NCBI GenBank assembly: GCA_012797735.1
Contig: JAAZOP010000458.1
Span: 1-48,098 of the forward strand
Direction: 5' to 3'
Length of the DNA: 48,098 nucleotides
DNA from: Myxococcales bacterium
GTDB lineage: Bacteria; Myxococcota_A; Polyangia; DRWM01; JAAZOP01
Shown here: in pieces, positions 1 through 9,247 of the stretch
Layout: every line of letters starts with the position of its first letter
Numbering within the stretch: the stretch's first letter is position 1
Position numbers and translations under genes: made by a program
The notes under the pieces: generated by a model
Seen by the model: the letters and a program-made list of their open reading frames with translations, nothing else
The model's database searches: none
Told to the model about the DNA's origin: nothing

Positions 1-1
1 C

Positions 2-901
2 GTCCCCGGCAAGCCGGCGACCCGCCCGCCCGCCGCGGCGCCCGCGCCGAAACCCCCGCTGCCCGGCGAGACGCTGCTCCCGCACGTGGCGAACGACGCG
101 ACCCTCGTCGCCGTCGTCTCGCTCGAGCGCCTCGAACGGACCGCCCTGTGGAAGCAGCTCGCCGCCCGACCTCCGCGCGCCGCGGCGCTCGAGGTCGTTC
201 GCAACCTCAAGCTGGTCTGCGGCATCGGGTTCGAGGATGTGCGGACCGCGCTGCTCGCGGTCGGCGGCGGACCCGAGCAGATCGATTTCGTCCTGGCCGG
301 GAACCTGCCGCGCGACAAGTTCGAGGCGTGCACGAGCTACCTGCTCCGGCCCGAAGGCGGTCGGACGCGCGTCTCGACCGACGGACCGATCACCGAACTG
401 GTCGGCCGCCGGACCCTGCGGCTCGCCTGGCCCGCCGACGGCGTGGTCGTGCTCTCCGCGCGCCCGGAGGCGGACGCGGAGTGGTTCCGGGCGCGAGCCG
501 CCGGACGGGCGTCGGTGCGCGAGCGTCCCGAGTTCGTCGCGCTGTTCGAGGAGATCGACCGCGACGCCGCCGCCTGGGCGGCCGCCGTCCCCGCCGGCGG
601 CTGGAGCCGGCTGCTCGAGGGCGGCGGCAAGGCGAACGGGTTGGCGCTCGCGATCGAGGTCGCCGAGACCGCGGTCGTCCGGGCCGCGATCCACCACAAG
701 ACGCCCGGCGACGCCGCGAAGAGCGCGACCGAGCTGAATCGGACGCTGGACGAGTTCCGCGCCACCACCGTCGGCACGGCGTTGCTCCACGATGCGGCGT
801 TCGAGGCGCGGGGCAGCGACGCCGTCTTCGCGATGACGATCAACGAATCGATGGTGCTGATGGCCGCGCAGGGGCTGGAGGGGTTGACGGCGGACCGGTG
901 A
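2..901 (+). CDS. hypothetical protein, probably 5'-truncated by the window edge
   Basis: The frame is open from nt 2 (Pro/Ala-rich linker VPGKPATRPPAAAPAPKPPLPGETLLPH) straight into the listed 86..901 ORF. Composition is balanced, unlike the Arg/Pro-rich overlapping frames. Stop at 899-901. No domain recognised. Confidence 0.6.
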   Translation, partial: VPGKPATRPPAAAPAPKPPLPGETLLPHVANDATLVAVVSLERLERTALWKQLAARPPRAAALEVVRNLKLVCGIGFEDVRTALLAVGGGPEQIDFVLAGNLPRDKFEACTSYLLRPEGGRTRVSTDGPITELVGRRTLRLAWPADGVVVLSARPEADAEWFRARAAGRASVRERPEFVALFEEIDRDAAAWAAAVPAGGWSRLLEGGGKANGLALAIEVAETAVVRAAIHHKTPGDAAKSATELNRTLDEFRATTVGTALLHDAAFEARGSDAVFAMTINESMVLMAAQGLEGLTADR

Positions 902-1043
902 CGGCGTTGCAGGGTCCCGGGGCTCGACGGCGGGACCGGAGCGGCGCTTTCCCGGCGACGGACGGTCGAGGCGCGGCGCCCGGCGGGGCGCTTCCTCGAG
1001 ATGCAATGCGTGTGGTCCGGGTGGAGGACGGTGGGGTGCGCGG

Positions 1044-1553
1044 CTAGGCGCGGCTCGCCGCGGGCTCCGGCTGCGCCTGCCCCGCCCGCGCGCGGCGGTT
1101 CTTGAACATCCAGGCGCCGAAGGCTCCGCCGGCTCCGAGGAGCGCGGCGACGCTCACGACGTAGCCGAGTTGCCGGGCGGAGGCCGGCGCGAACGGCCCG
1201 AGGTCGTAGTGCGGGCTGATGAACGCGCCGGCCACCGCCAGCACGACGAGGGCCAGCGCCGCCCACGGCACGCCGCGGTGCAGGAACGCGAGCACCAGCA
1301 GGACGAGGCCGGCCAGACCGGCGATGCCGAGCAGCACGGCGCCGACCCGCATCCGGCCGGTGCTCTCGGCGAGCTGCTTGAGCGTGCCCGCCTCCGCGCT
1401 CGACCCCTCCAGCGCGGCGAGTTCGTCCTTGGCGTCGCCGAGCAGGGCGTCGATGTCCTTCGCGTCGGTCAACCCCCGGTACGTCGCCAGGAAGCCGAAG
1501 CCCGAGGTGGCCAGCAGGGCCAGGGTGGCAAGAACCAGCATCAGAATCCGCAT
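1044..1553 (-). CDS. small integral membrane protein (169 aa, about four hydrophobic helices)
   Basis: ATG at 1553 with GGAGG (complement of 1561-1565) 7 nt upstream. Helices: [81 protein letters not shown]. Only the last 169 codons of the 493-aa track ORF look coding. Confidence 0.75.
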   Translation of the reverse strand: MRILMLVLATLALLATSGFGFLATYRGLTDAKDIDALLGDAKDELAALEGSSAEAGTLKQLAESTGRMRVGAVLLGIAGLAGLVLLVLAFLHRGVPWAALALVVLAVAGAFISPHYDLGPFAPASARQLGYVVSVAALLGAGGAFGAWMFKNRRARAGQAQPEPAASRA

Positions 1554-1620
1554 CTCTCTTCCTCCTTCTTTTCTCGCGCCGCGGCCGTCCCGGCCGCTCG
1601 CCTCCATGCCGGCGCCGATG

Positions 1621-1637
1621 AGCATCCTCCGTGCCAG
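1621..1637 (-). promoter_or_regulatory. sigma-54 (RpoN) -24/-12 promoter candidate for the 1044..1553 membrane-protein gene
   Basis: The minus strand reads 5'-CTGGCACGGAGGATGCT-3', i.e. TGGCACG-N4-aTGCT against consensus TGGCACG-N4-TTGCW. GG-N10-GC spacing is correct. The site is intergenic, about 70 nt upstream of the ATG at 1553 and oriented toward it. Confidence 0.6.
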
Positions 1638-1677
1638 GGCGCAACCCTGCGGAAGAACGAGACGTGCGGGTGGCGGT

Positions 1678-1697
1678 GCGGGTCCGTCCGGACCCGC
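1678..1697. promoter_or_regulatory. inverted repeat, candidate enhancer (UAS)/operator site 1
   Basis: GCGGGTCCG-tc-CGGACCCGC, with perfect 9-bp arms. Lies about 45 bp upstream of the -24 element of the 1621-1637 promoter. Confidence 0.5.
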
Positions 1698-1709
1698 TTC
1701 GCGTCCGGG

Positions 1710-1729
1710 GTGGGTCCGCGCGGACCCAC
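1710..1729. promoter_or_regulatory. perfect 20-bp palindrome, candidate enhancer (UAS)/operator site 2
   Basis: GTGGGTCCGCGCGGACCCAC. Same GGGTCCG/CGGACCC half-sites as site 1, centres 32 bp apart (about three helical turns). Ends 48 nt upstream of the activator ATG at 1777. Confidence 0.5.
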
Positions 1730-1776
1730 TTGCGCTTCTCGGGCGCCCGCGGCTACGGTGCGGCGGTCGAGGGGCG

Positions 1777-3108
<1,332 letters not shown>

Positions 3109-3133
3109 GCCGCGCCGGCGGCCCGCCGCGGGC

Positions 3134-4771
3134 TCAGCCGGGCGCGGGACCCGGGCCGCCCTCGTTCCCCGCCCCGCCGGACGGCGTTTCCAGGGCCTCG
3201 CGCACGCGGGACAGGAGGGTCGCGCGATCGATCGGTTTCGGGATGACGGTCCCGGGGATCGGAACCTCCGGTCCGGCCCAGCGCGTGTCGTCGCCGTCCG
3301 GGGCCGCGTATCCGGACATGAACAGCACGCGCAGCGAGGGGCGGATGCGCCGCAGTCGCTCGGCCAGCTTCGGGCCGCTCATGCGCGGCATCAGCACGTC
3401 GGTGAGCAGCAGGTCGATCGGTCCGTCGTGCTGTTCCATCAGCAGCAGCGCGTCGCCGCCGCCCGTCGCGGACAGCACGCGGTAGCCCGCGGAGAGCAGC
3501 ATCCGCTCCGTGACGCGGCGGACGGCGGCGTCGTCCTCCACCAGCAGGATCGTCCCCTGGGAGGCGGGGACGTCCCGCGGCGGCGCGGGCGCGATGGGCG
3601 CCGGCGCCGGGGTCTCGCCGGTCGCCGGGAAGAAGAGGCGAAAGGTCGTACCCCGCCCCGGCGCGCTCTCCAGTTCGAGACAACCCCCGCTGCGGCGCAC
3701 GATGGCGTAGACGGTGGCGAGCCCGAGGCCGGTGCCCTGGCCGGGGCGTTTCGTCGTGAAGAACGGGTCGAACACCCGCTCCCGGGTCGCCTCGTCCATG
3801 CCGGCGCCGGTATCGCTGACCGTCAGCCGGACGTAGGGGCCGGGCGGGGCGACGAGCGTGCCGGCGGCGTCGGCGCCGAGGGTCACGTTCGCGGTGTCGA
3901 GCGTGAGGGTGCCGCCGTCGGGCATGGCGTCGCGGGCGTTCACGGCGAGGTTCAGGATCACCTGCTCCAACTCGCTGCGGTCCACCTTCACGCACCGCAG
4001 CCCCGGCTCCGTCGTGCGCGCGACCGTGATGTGCTCGCCCAGCAGCCGCGACAGCATCGACTCGAGATCCCGCAACACGTCGTCCGGGGACAGGATCTCC
4101 GGCGCCTTCGCCCGCCGGCGGCCCAGGGCGAGGAGCTGGTCGGTCAGGGTGGCGGCGCGCCGACCCGCCTTCTCGATCTCGACGAGGTCTTCGTGGAGCG
4201 GGTCGCCCTCCCGCAGCCGTTCCAGCGCGAATCCGGCACGGCCCAGGATCACCGACATGAAGTTGTTGAAGTCGTGCGCCAGTCCCCCCGCCAGGTGGGC
4301 GACGGCCTCCATCTTCTGCGCCACGCGGAGCTGCTCCTCGCTCCGCCGCTGCTCGGTGACGTCCAGAGCATCGACGACGACGCACAGCGGACGGCCGCCG
4401 GCGTCGCGCAACAGCGTCGCCGTCACGTCGGCCCACATCACCGACCCGTCCTTGCGGACGTACCGCTTCTGGAGTTGGAAGCCGTTCCGCTCGCCGGCCA
4501 TGAGACTGCGGACGTGCTCCCGGCTGGCGGCCAAGTCCTCCGGGTGCGTGATCCCGGCGTAGTCGCGCCCCGTCAGTTCCTCGGCGGTGTAGCCCAGCAT
4601 CTCGCACAGCTTCGCGTTGACGAGCCGCAGGGTGCCGTCGGCGGACGAGAGGGCGCGGCCCGTGGGCGCCTGTTCGAACGCCGCGCGGAACACCGCCAGG
4701 GCTTCCGCCTTGGACAGGGGTCGGTGCAGATCGCGCACGCCCACCTCCGCGGAGGACCCTAGACCTTGCAC
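3134..4771 (-). CDS. PAS-domain hybrid sensor histidine kinase (PAS - HisKA - HATPase - receiver)
   Basis: PAS ([30 protein letters not shown]). H-box [12 protein letters not shown]. ATPase boxes [27 protein letters not shown]-terminal receiver ILLVEDD...[14 protein letters not shown]. The GTG start at 4771 is uncertain (other in-frame GTGs lie just downstream). Confidence 0.9.
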   Translation of the reverse strand: MQGLGSSAEVGVRDLHRPLSKAEALAVFRAAFEQAPTGRALSSADGTLRLVNAKLCEMLGYTAEELTGRDYAGITHPEDLAASREHVRSLMAGERNGFQLQKRYVRKDGSVMWADVTATLLRDAGGRPLCVVVDALDVTEQRRSEEQLRVAQKMEAVAHLAGGLAHDFNNFMSVILGRAGFALERLREGDPLHEDLVEIEKAGRRAATLTDQLLALGRRRAKAPEILSPDDVLRDLESMLSRLLGEHITVARTTEPGLRCVKVDRSELEQVILNLAVNARDAMPDGGTLTLDTANVTLGADAAGTLVAPPGPYVRLTVSDTGAGMDEATRERVFDPFFTTKRPGQGTGLGLATVYAIVRRSGGCLELESAPGRGTTFRLFFPATGETPAPAPIAPAPPRDVPASQGTILLVEDDAAVRRVTERMLLSAGYRVLSATGGGDALLLMEQHDGPIDLLLTDVLMPRMSGPKLAERLRRIRPSLRVLFMSGYAAPDGDDTRWAGPEVPIPGTVIPKPIDRATLLSRVREALETPSGGAGNEGGPGPAPG

Positions 4772-4819
4772 CCTGCCGGCGCAAGGACGACCGAGTGTGC
4801 GACGAAGGCGACGGCGGGA

Positions 4820-5059
4820 CTACTCGCCCACCCGGTTCCCGCAGTGCCCGCAGAAGGCGAGCCCCGGGGCCAGCGGCGTGCCGCAGTGCGGACAGAAGAC
4901 CCTCCGCACGACAGGCGCGCCGGCCGCGGGGACTGCGCCGCCGCCGGGGGGCATGAGCGTCGTGCGCTTCGCCCCGCCCGGAACCATCTCGGCCCCGCAC
5001 GCCGCGCAGGCCGCCGCCCCTTCCTCATTCGCCCGACCACACCGGGGACAGTCCGCCAT
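4820..5059 (-). CDS. small double zinc-ribbon protein (79 aa)
   Basis: ATG at 5059. Two CxxC...CxxC pairs: CPRCG..CAACG and CPHCG..CGHCG. Confidence 0.6.
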   Translation of the reverse strand: MADCPRCGRANEEGAAACAACGAEMVPGGAKRTTLMPPGGGAVPAAGAPVVRRVFCPHCGTPLAPGLAFCGHCGNRVGE

Positions 5060-5169
5060 GGACCGCAGGCTAGGCGACCGGCGGGCGGCGCGCAACCCGG
5101 AAGTCGCCGCCGGCCGGCCGGCGCGGCCGTGGTCGGTGCTGGAGTCCGGCGGGGACGCGTGCTACAGGT

Positions 5170-6231
5170 TTGGAGTTCCGGGCGTCTCCGCGAGGGACCC
5201 CGGGAGGCAGGTGCGCCCTGAAGACCTGGGAGAAGATCAACGAACGCGTCCGCGAACTGCCGCCCGACCAGCAGCAGCAGGTGCTCGACTACGTCGAGTT
5301 CCTCCGGACGCGCGGCGCGCCCACGGTCCCCGCGCCCGGCACCGGCACATCCGCTTCGTGGCCGGGGATCCGGTTCGTCGCCGAGGAGAACCTGCAGGTC
5401 CGGGACGCGGATCGGCCGTCTTCGATCGACGATTTCCTCGTGCCGCCACCCCGGCGCCACGCCGGCCCGATCATCCTCGGCGTCGTCCTGCTCCTGGCGG
5501 TCCTCGCGATCGGCGGTTTCCTCTACTACCGCTACGTCTGGCCGGCGCCCGGCCCGGCCGACGACGCGGGCCCGACGCCGGCGACGACAGTGGACGCGGG
5601 GCCGGCGGTCGTGGCGACCCGAGCGGGGGAGACGGAGGAGGCGACCCCGCCCGGCGCGGTGGCCGGGGACACCGCGACGCCCGACGCGACGCCGCCCGCG
5701 GTTCCACCGCTCCGCCTGACGCTCGGGGGAGAACCCGATGCCGCCGTCCCGGCGACGCCGGGGGTCGAAGCGGGACCGGGGCCGGAGGCGGGTCTCCCGG
5801 TCCCCGGGCCGGAGGCGGGGGCGTTGCCGCCTCCCGCCGTGCCGGCGACTCCCGGGACCGGCACCGCCTGCACCGGGGCGCTCGAGGAAGCGCGCGGCCT
5901 CTGGCGCCAGCGCCGCCGGGACGAGGCGTTGCAGAAGCTGCGCGAGGCGATCGCCTGCGACCCGGCGAATCTCGAACCGCGGCTCCAATGGGGCCGCTGG
6001 TTCGTGGACTCGGCGTCGGCGCCGCGCAACCGCGAGGCGGTCGCCGAGGGCGCGGCGCTTCTGCAGCCCGCGGCGGAGGCGAACCCCCATCACGGCGAGC
6101 TGTGGTTCCACTACACGAACCTGCTGTTCGGCGCGCGCCAGCGCGAGGCGGCGCAGGCGGCGCGGGAACACTGCATGGCGATCCGCCCCAGCGACGAGTA
6201 CTCGGCGTCCTGCCGCTTCCTTCCGCAGTAG
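5170..6231 (+). CDS. single-pass membrane protein: DUF2281-like N-terminal helix, Pro-rich linker, TPR-like C-terminal domain
   Basis: WEKINERVRELPPDQQQQVLDYVEFLR resembles DUF2281. TM segment GPIILGVVLLLAVLAIGGFLYY. The C-terminus has helical-repeat character. Start is uncertain: TTG 5170, or CTG 5218 which sits 10 nt after GGGAGG (5202-5207). Confidence 0.6.
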   Translation: MEFRASPRGTPGGRCALKTWEKINERVRELPPDQQQQVLDYVEFLRTRGAPTVPAPGTGTSASWPGIRFVAEENLQVRDADRPSSIDDFLVPPPRRHAGPIILGVVLLLAVLAIGGFLYYRYVWPAPGPADDAGPTPATTVDAGPAVVATRAGETEEATPPGAVAGDTATPDATPPAVPPLRLTLGGEPDAAVPATPGVEAGPGPEAGLPVPGPEAGALPPPAVPATPGTGTACTGALEEARGLWRQRRRDEALQKLREAIACDPANLEPRLQWGRWFVDSASAPRNREAVAEGAALLQPAAEANPHHGELWFHYTNLLFGARQREAAQAAREHCMAIRPSDEYSASCRFLPQ

Positions 6232-6329
6232 GCCTCCCCGCGCGTGGAGCCGCCGGCCGCCGCAAGGCCGCCACCGGGGAGCGGACCGACCCGCTTTCGG
6301 GACCTGGCCGGCCGGCCGCCGTGCCCCCG

Positions 6330-6836
6330 TCAGCGCACGGAGCAGGTGCCGTCGACGAAACCGCACGTGTAGTGGGGTCGGAGCCCGTCGCTCGCGCAGA
6401 CGTACTTCGCCAGCGCCGGCGGCGAGGCGGACGGACGGCGGCAGACGATCGCCGGATCGACGTAATCGATGCAGTCGGTCGGTGCGACGGGATCCCCCAG
6501 ACAATGCTGGAGCAGGTTGCCGGTCTGCCCGGCGCGCGGGCCCGCGACGATATCGACGGTGATGCCGTCGGCGCGCAGGCGCACGGCGACGCACTCGGGC
6601 TCGGTGAAGCAGCCGCAGTTGCCGAGCGGCAGACAGAGCAGCCCGGTGTCGGGCGGGACGTCCGCGGGCGAAGCCGCCGTTCCCGGCTCCGCGTCCGGGC
6701 CGGCCGCGACGACCGGCTCGGCCGGGCGTGCGGCGTCGGGCTCCGGCACCGGTCCGGGTTCCGTCGCGGGGCCGCGCGGCACGCAGCACAGGACCAGGAC
6801 CAGACCGCCGAGGATTCCGGGCGCGCGCAGCCGCAT
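6330..6836 (-). CDS. small secreted Cys-rich protein (168 aa), possible lipoprotein
   Basis: ATG 6836 preceded by GGAAGGAAG. Signal MRLRAPGILGGLVLVLCCVP, Pro/Ala linker, then a C-terminal domain with about 12 Cys. Confidence 0.6.
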   Translation of the reverse strand: MRLRAPGILGGLVLVLCCVPRGPATEPGPVPEPDAARPAEPVVAAGPDAEPGTAASPADVPPDTGLLCLPLGNCGCFTEPECVAVRLRADGITVDIVAGPRAGQTGNLLQHCLGDPVAPTDCIDYVDPAIVCRRPSASPPALAKYVCASDGLRPHYTCGFVDGTCSVR

Positions 6837-7057
6837 CGTCGCTTCCTTCCCGGCGGCCGGCGGAGTCTCGCGGTCCGCCCTCCTCCGGACGCCCCGGATG
6901 TTTGTCGACTCCGCCGTGCAGGTCAAGCGGGGCGGCGGCCGGAGCGGGTGACGGAGCGGACGCGAGGGGGACGATTCGACCCCGGCCGCGAACCATGCGG
7001 CCGGGCGCTTGCCCGGACCGGAGGGCGATGCTATGGCCTCGGGTGGAGGCGCTCTCG

Positions 7058-7639
7058 ATGGACCTCGCCCCCTCCCTGCTGATCAGTGTCCCGCAGATGC
7101 GGGATCCCAACTTCGACCACTCGGTCGTCCTGGTGCTCGAACACGACGAGCACGGGTCGTTCGGGCTGGTCGTCAACCGCGAGACCCACCACTCGCTCGG
7201 CGAGTTCTGCCGCTCGCAGGAGATCGAGTACCGCGGGAGCCGCGAGGCGAAGGTGTTGTACGGCGGACCGGTGGGGCCGACGCAGGGGTTCGTGCTGTAC
7301 GGGGAGCCGCACGACCTGGCCGGCGAGTTCGCGGGGCGGGAGGTCGTCGAGCGGGGGGTGTGGTTCGGCGCGGACCTCGCGCTGCTCCGGCTGCTCGCGG
7401 GGCAGACCCGCACGCCGTATCGGCTGCTGGTCGGCTACGCGGGGTGGGCCCCGGGGCAGCTCGACGCCGAACTGGCGGCGGGGGCATGGCTGCCGCGGCC
7501 GGTCGACCCGGCGCTGCTGTTCCACACGCCGCCCGACGAGATCTGGCCGCGGGCGTTGGCGGACCTGGGGATCGAGCCCGGCGCGATCGTCGGGCGGGCC
7601 CTTTCCGGAAGCGATCCCGGCGATCTGTCGCTCAACTGA
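7058..7639 (+). CDS. yqgE: YqgE/AlgH family protein (UPF0301)
   Basis: MDLAPSLLISVPQMRDPNFDHSVVLVLEHDEHGSFGLVVNR matches the conserved YqgE N-terminus. Also has YGGPV and GYAGWAPGQLDAEL motifs. GGAGG lies 8 nt upstream of ATG 7058. Confidence 0.9.
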   Translation: MDLAPSLLISVPQMRDPNFDHSVVLVLEHDEHGSFGLVVNRETHHSLGEFCRSQEIEYRGSREAKVLYGGPVGPTQGFVLYGEPHDLAGEFAGREVVERGVWFGADLALLRLLAGQTRTPYRLLVGYAGWAPGQLDAELAAGAWLPRPVDPALLFHTPPDEIWPRALADLGIEPGAIVGRALSGSDPGDLSLN

Positions 7640-7699
7640 CGACCCCGTCGACGGCCCGCTCGCCCTACACCTCGCGGCCCGCCCGGCGCGGCCACCCGC

Positions 7700-7728
7700 T
7701 TGACAACGGGGGGCGCTCGGTCCATAAG
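7700..7728 (+). promoter_or_regulatory. sigma-70-like promoter candidate for the rpsF-rpsR-rplI(-dnaB) operon
   Basis: TTGACA (7700-7705) - 17 nt - CATAAG (7723-7728). This is one of the few AT-containing patches in the 235-nt intergenic region. Confidence 0.4.
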
Positions 7729-7874
7729 GCGGTTTCCCGTTGCGCCGGGGCGCCCGCGGCGGTTCGCGGGTGGGCCGAGAGCGCGACAACTCGTTCCGCC
7801 CCAGGTGGCGGGGCTATCCCGCCGTGCCGTGCGCGGCCCGGCGGGGAGAATCCAGGAGGAGGTCCGGGACCGGC

Positions 7875-8438
7875 ATGCTCACCGAATTCCAGAAGAAGCA
7901 TCAACGCGAGTACGAGACGATCTTCATCCTCGACCCGCGCGTACCGCACGAGATGGCGGAACGCGTGGTGCAGCGGATCCAGGACGTGCTCGAACGCCAG
8001 GAAGGACGGCTCGTGCGCGTGGAGTACTGGGGCAAGCGGAAGCTGGCCTACCGGATCAAGCGCACCGACTGGGGCTTCTACTACCTCGTCCGGTTCCTCG
8101 GACAGGGCGGCCTCGTCGCGGAGCTCGAGCGCAACTTCCGGATGCTGGACCCGGTGGTCCGTTTCCAGACGATCCTGGTGAAAGACGACGTCGACCCGGC
8201 GACCTACCAGATCCAGCCCGCGGACCTCGAGTTCCGGCTCGATCTGCTGGCCAAGGAGGCCGCGGAGCCCGTGGTCGAGCCGCAGGCGGACGCGAGCCTG
8301 ACGACGGCGCCGGACTTGGCGGCGCAGGCGCCGCAGGTCGAGGCGGCGAAGGAGGAGGGCGGCGGGAAGGCGGCGGCCGAGGCGGAGGCGACCGAGGCCA
8401 AGGCGCCGGACGGTGAGGAGCAGGGAGGTGCGTCATGA
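7875..8438 (+). CDS. rpsF: 30S ribosomal protein S6 with long acidic/Ala-rich C-terminal tail
   Basis: [11 protein letters not shown]...[18 protein letters not shown]...GFYYLVRF is the S6 core. AGGAGGAGG lies upstream of ATG 7875. 187 aa; the part beyond about aa 112 is a low-complexity E/A/P tail. Confidence 0.95.
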   Translation: MLTEFQKKHQREYETIFILDPRVPHEMAERVVQRIQDVLERQEGRLVRVEYWGKRKLAYRIKRTDWGFYYLVRFLGQGGLVAELERNFRMLDPVVRFQTILVKDDVDPATYQIQPADLEFRLDLLAKEAAEPVVEPQADASLTTAPDLAAQAPQVEAAKEEGGGKAAAEAEATEAKAPDGEEQGGAS

Positions 8439-8779
8439 CGTTCCGGGACGGCGGAGCCTCGTACGGCGAGGGCGGGCGCGAGGGTGGACGCGAGGGCGGA
8501 CGCGAGGGTGGACGCGAGGGCGGACGTGAGGGCGGCGGGCGCGGCGGCAAGCGGCGCGGCGGCGGCCGCCGGCGGCGCGTCTGCCGGTTCTGCGCCGACA
8601 AGTCGCTGCGCATCGACTACAAGGACCCGTACAGCCTGCGGTACTTCATCACCGACCGCGGCCGCATCGTGCCGCGGCGCATCTCCGGGACGTGCGCCAA
8701 GCACCAGCGTCGCGTCACGCTGGCGCTCAAGCGTGCGCGCAACATCGCGCTGATGCCGTTCACGGTTTCCGGGAGGTAG
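8435..8779 (+). CDS. rpsR: 30S ribosomal protein S18 with repeat-containing N-terminal extension
   Basis: The ATG overlaps the rpsF stop (ATGA, 8435-8438). S18 core: [60 protein letters not shown]. Confidence 0.95.
   Translation: MTFRDGGASYGEGGREGGREGGREGGREGGREGGGRGGKRRGGGRRRRVCRFCADKSLRIDYKDPYSLRYFITDRGRIVPRRISGTCAKHQRRVTLALKRARNIALMPFTVSGR
8468..8539 (+). repeat. six tandem 12-nt units GAGGGYGGRCGY encoding (EGGR)5-EGGG inside rpsR
   Basis: Read directly and in frame: units at 8468, 8480, 8492, 8504, 8516 and 8528. Confidence 0.95.
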
Positions 8780-8785
8780 GCGGTC

Positions 8786-9229
8786 ATGCGCGTCATCCTG
8801 CGTGAGGACGTGCCCAAGCTGGGCAAGACCGGCGACGTCGTCAAGGTCAGCGACGGCTACGGCCGCAACTTCCTGCTGCCCCGCAAGCTGGCGGTGGCGG
8901 CCACCGAGACCAAGCTGCGGCAGATCGAGCACGAGCGTCGCGTGGCGATCAAGCGCCGCGAGAAGCTGGCGCGGGAGGCCGGCGCTCTGCGCGAGAAGCT
9001 CGAAGGGGTGGCGGTCACCGTCGCCAAGCGCGTCGGCGACAACGAGCGGCTGTTCGGGTCGGTCACGCCGGCCGACATCGAGCTCGCGCTGGCCGAGGAG
9101 GGCCACAAGATCGAGCGCAAGCGGATCAAGCTCGACGAGCCGATCCGGTCGCTCGGCGTGTTTCCCGTGCGCGTGACGCTGGACGCGGGGGCCGAGGCCA
9201 CGATCAAGGTCTGGGTCGTCGCGAAGTAG
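8786..9229 (+). CDS. rplI: 50S ribosomal protein L9
   Basis: MRVILREDVPKLGKTGDVVKVSDGYGRNFLLPRKLA is the canonical L9 N-terminus. GGGAGG lies upstream. Confidence 0.97.
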   Translation: MRVILREDVPKLGKTGDVVKVSDGYGRNFLLPRKLAVAATETKLRQIEHERRVAIKRREKLAREAGALREKLEGVAVTVAKRVGDNERLFGSVTPADIELALAEEGHKIERKRIKLDEPIRSLGVFPVRVTLDAGAEATIKVWVVAK

Positions 9230-9247
9230 CCGGGCGGCCGTCGTCCC

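Noticed and set aside
976-991. GCGCCC-ggcg-GGGCGC hairpin (and a similar one at 913-937) after the first gene, considered as an intrinsic terminator
   Set aside because: The stem is only 6 bp and is followed by just two T residues. It cannot be told apart from the background of GC-rich palindromes.
6998-7012. Weaker sigma-54-like GG-N10-GC matches: cGGCCG-N5-TTGC at 6998-7012; aGGCTC-N5-cTGC on the minus strand near 23497-23523; cGGGAG-N5-TTGC on the minus strand near 38986-39000; GGCACG-gcg-TTGCT at 766-780
   Set aside because: Each has either poor -24 identity or wrong spacing (766-780 is one base short and lies inside a CDS). Matches of this quality are expected by chance in DNA this GC-rich.
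8468-8539. Short-period tandem repeats (also 26161..26196) considered as a CRISPR or minisatellite
   Set aside because: The 12-nt units are contiguous with no spacers, lie in frame inside rpsR and the PHP gene, and encode EGGR and DA peptide repeats. This is not CRISPR architecture.
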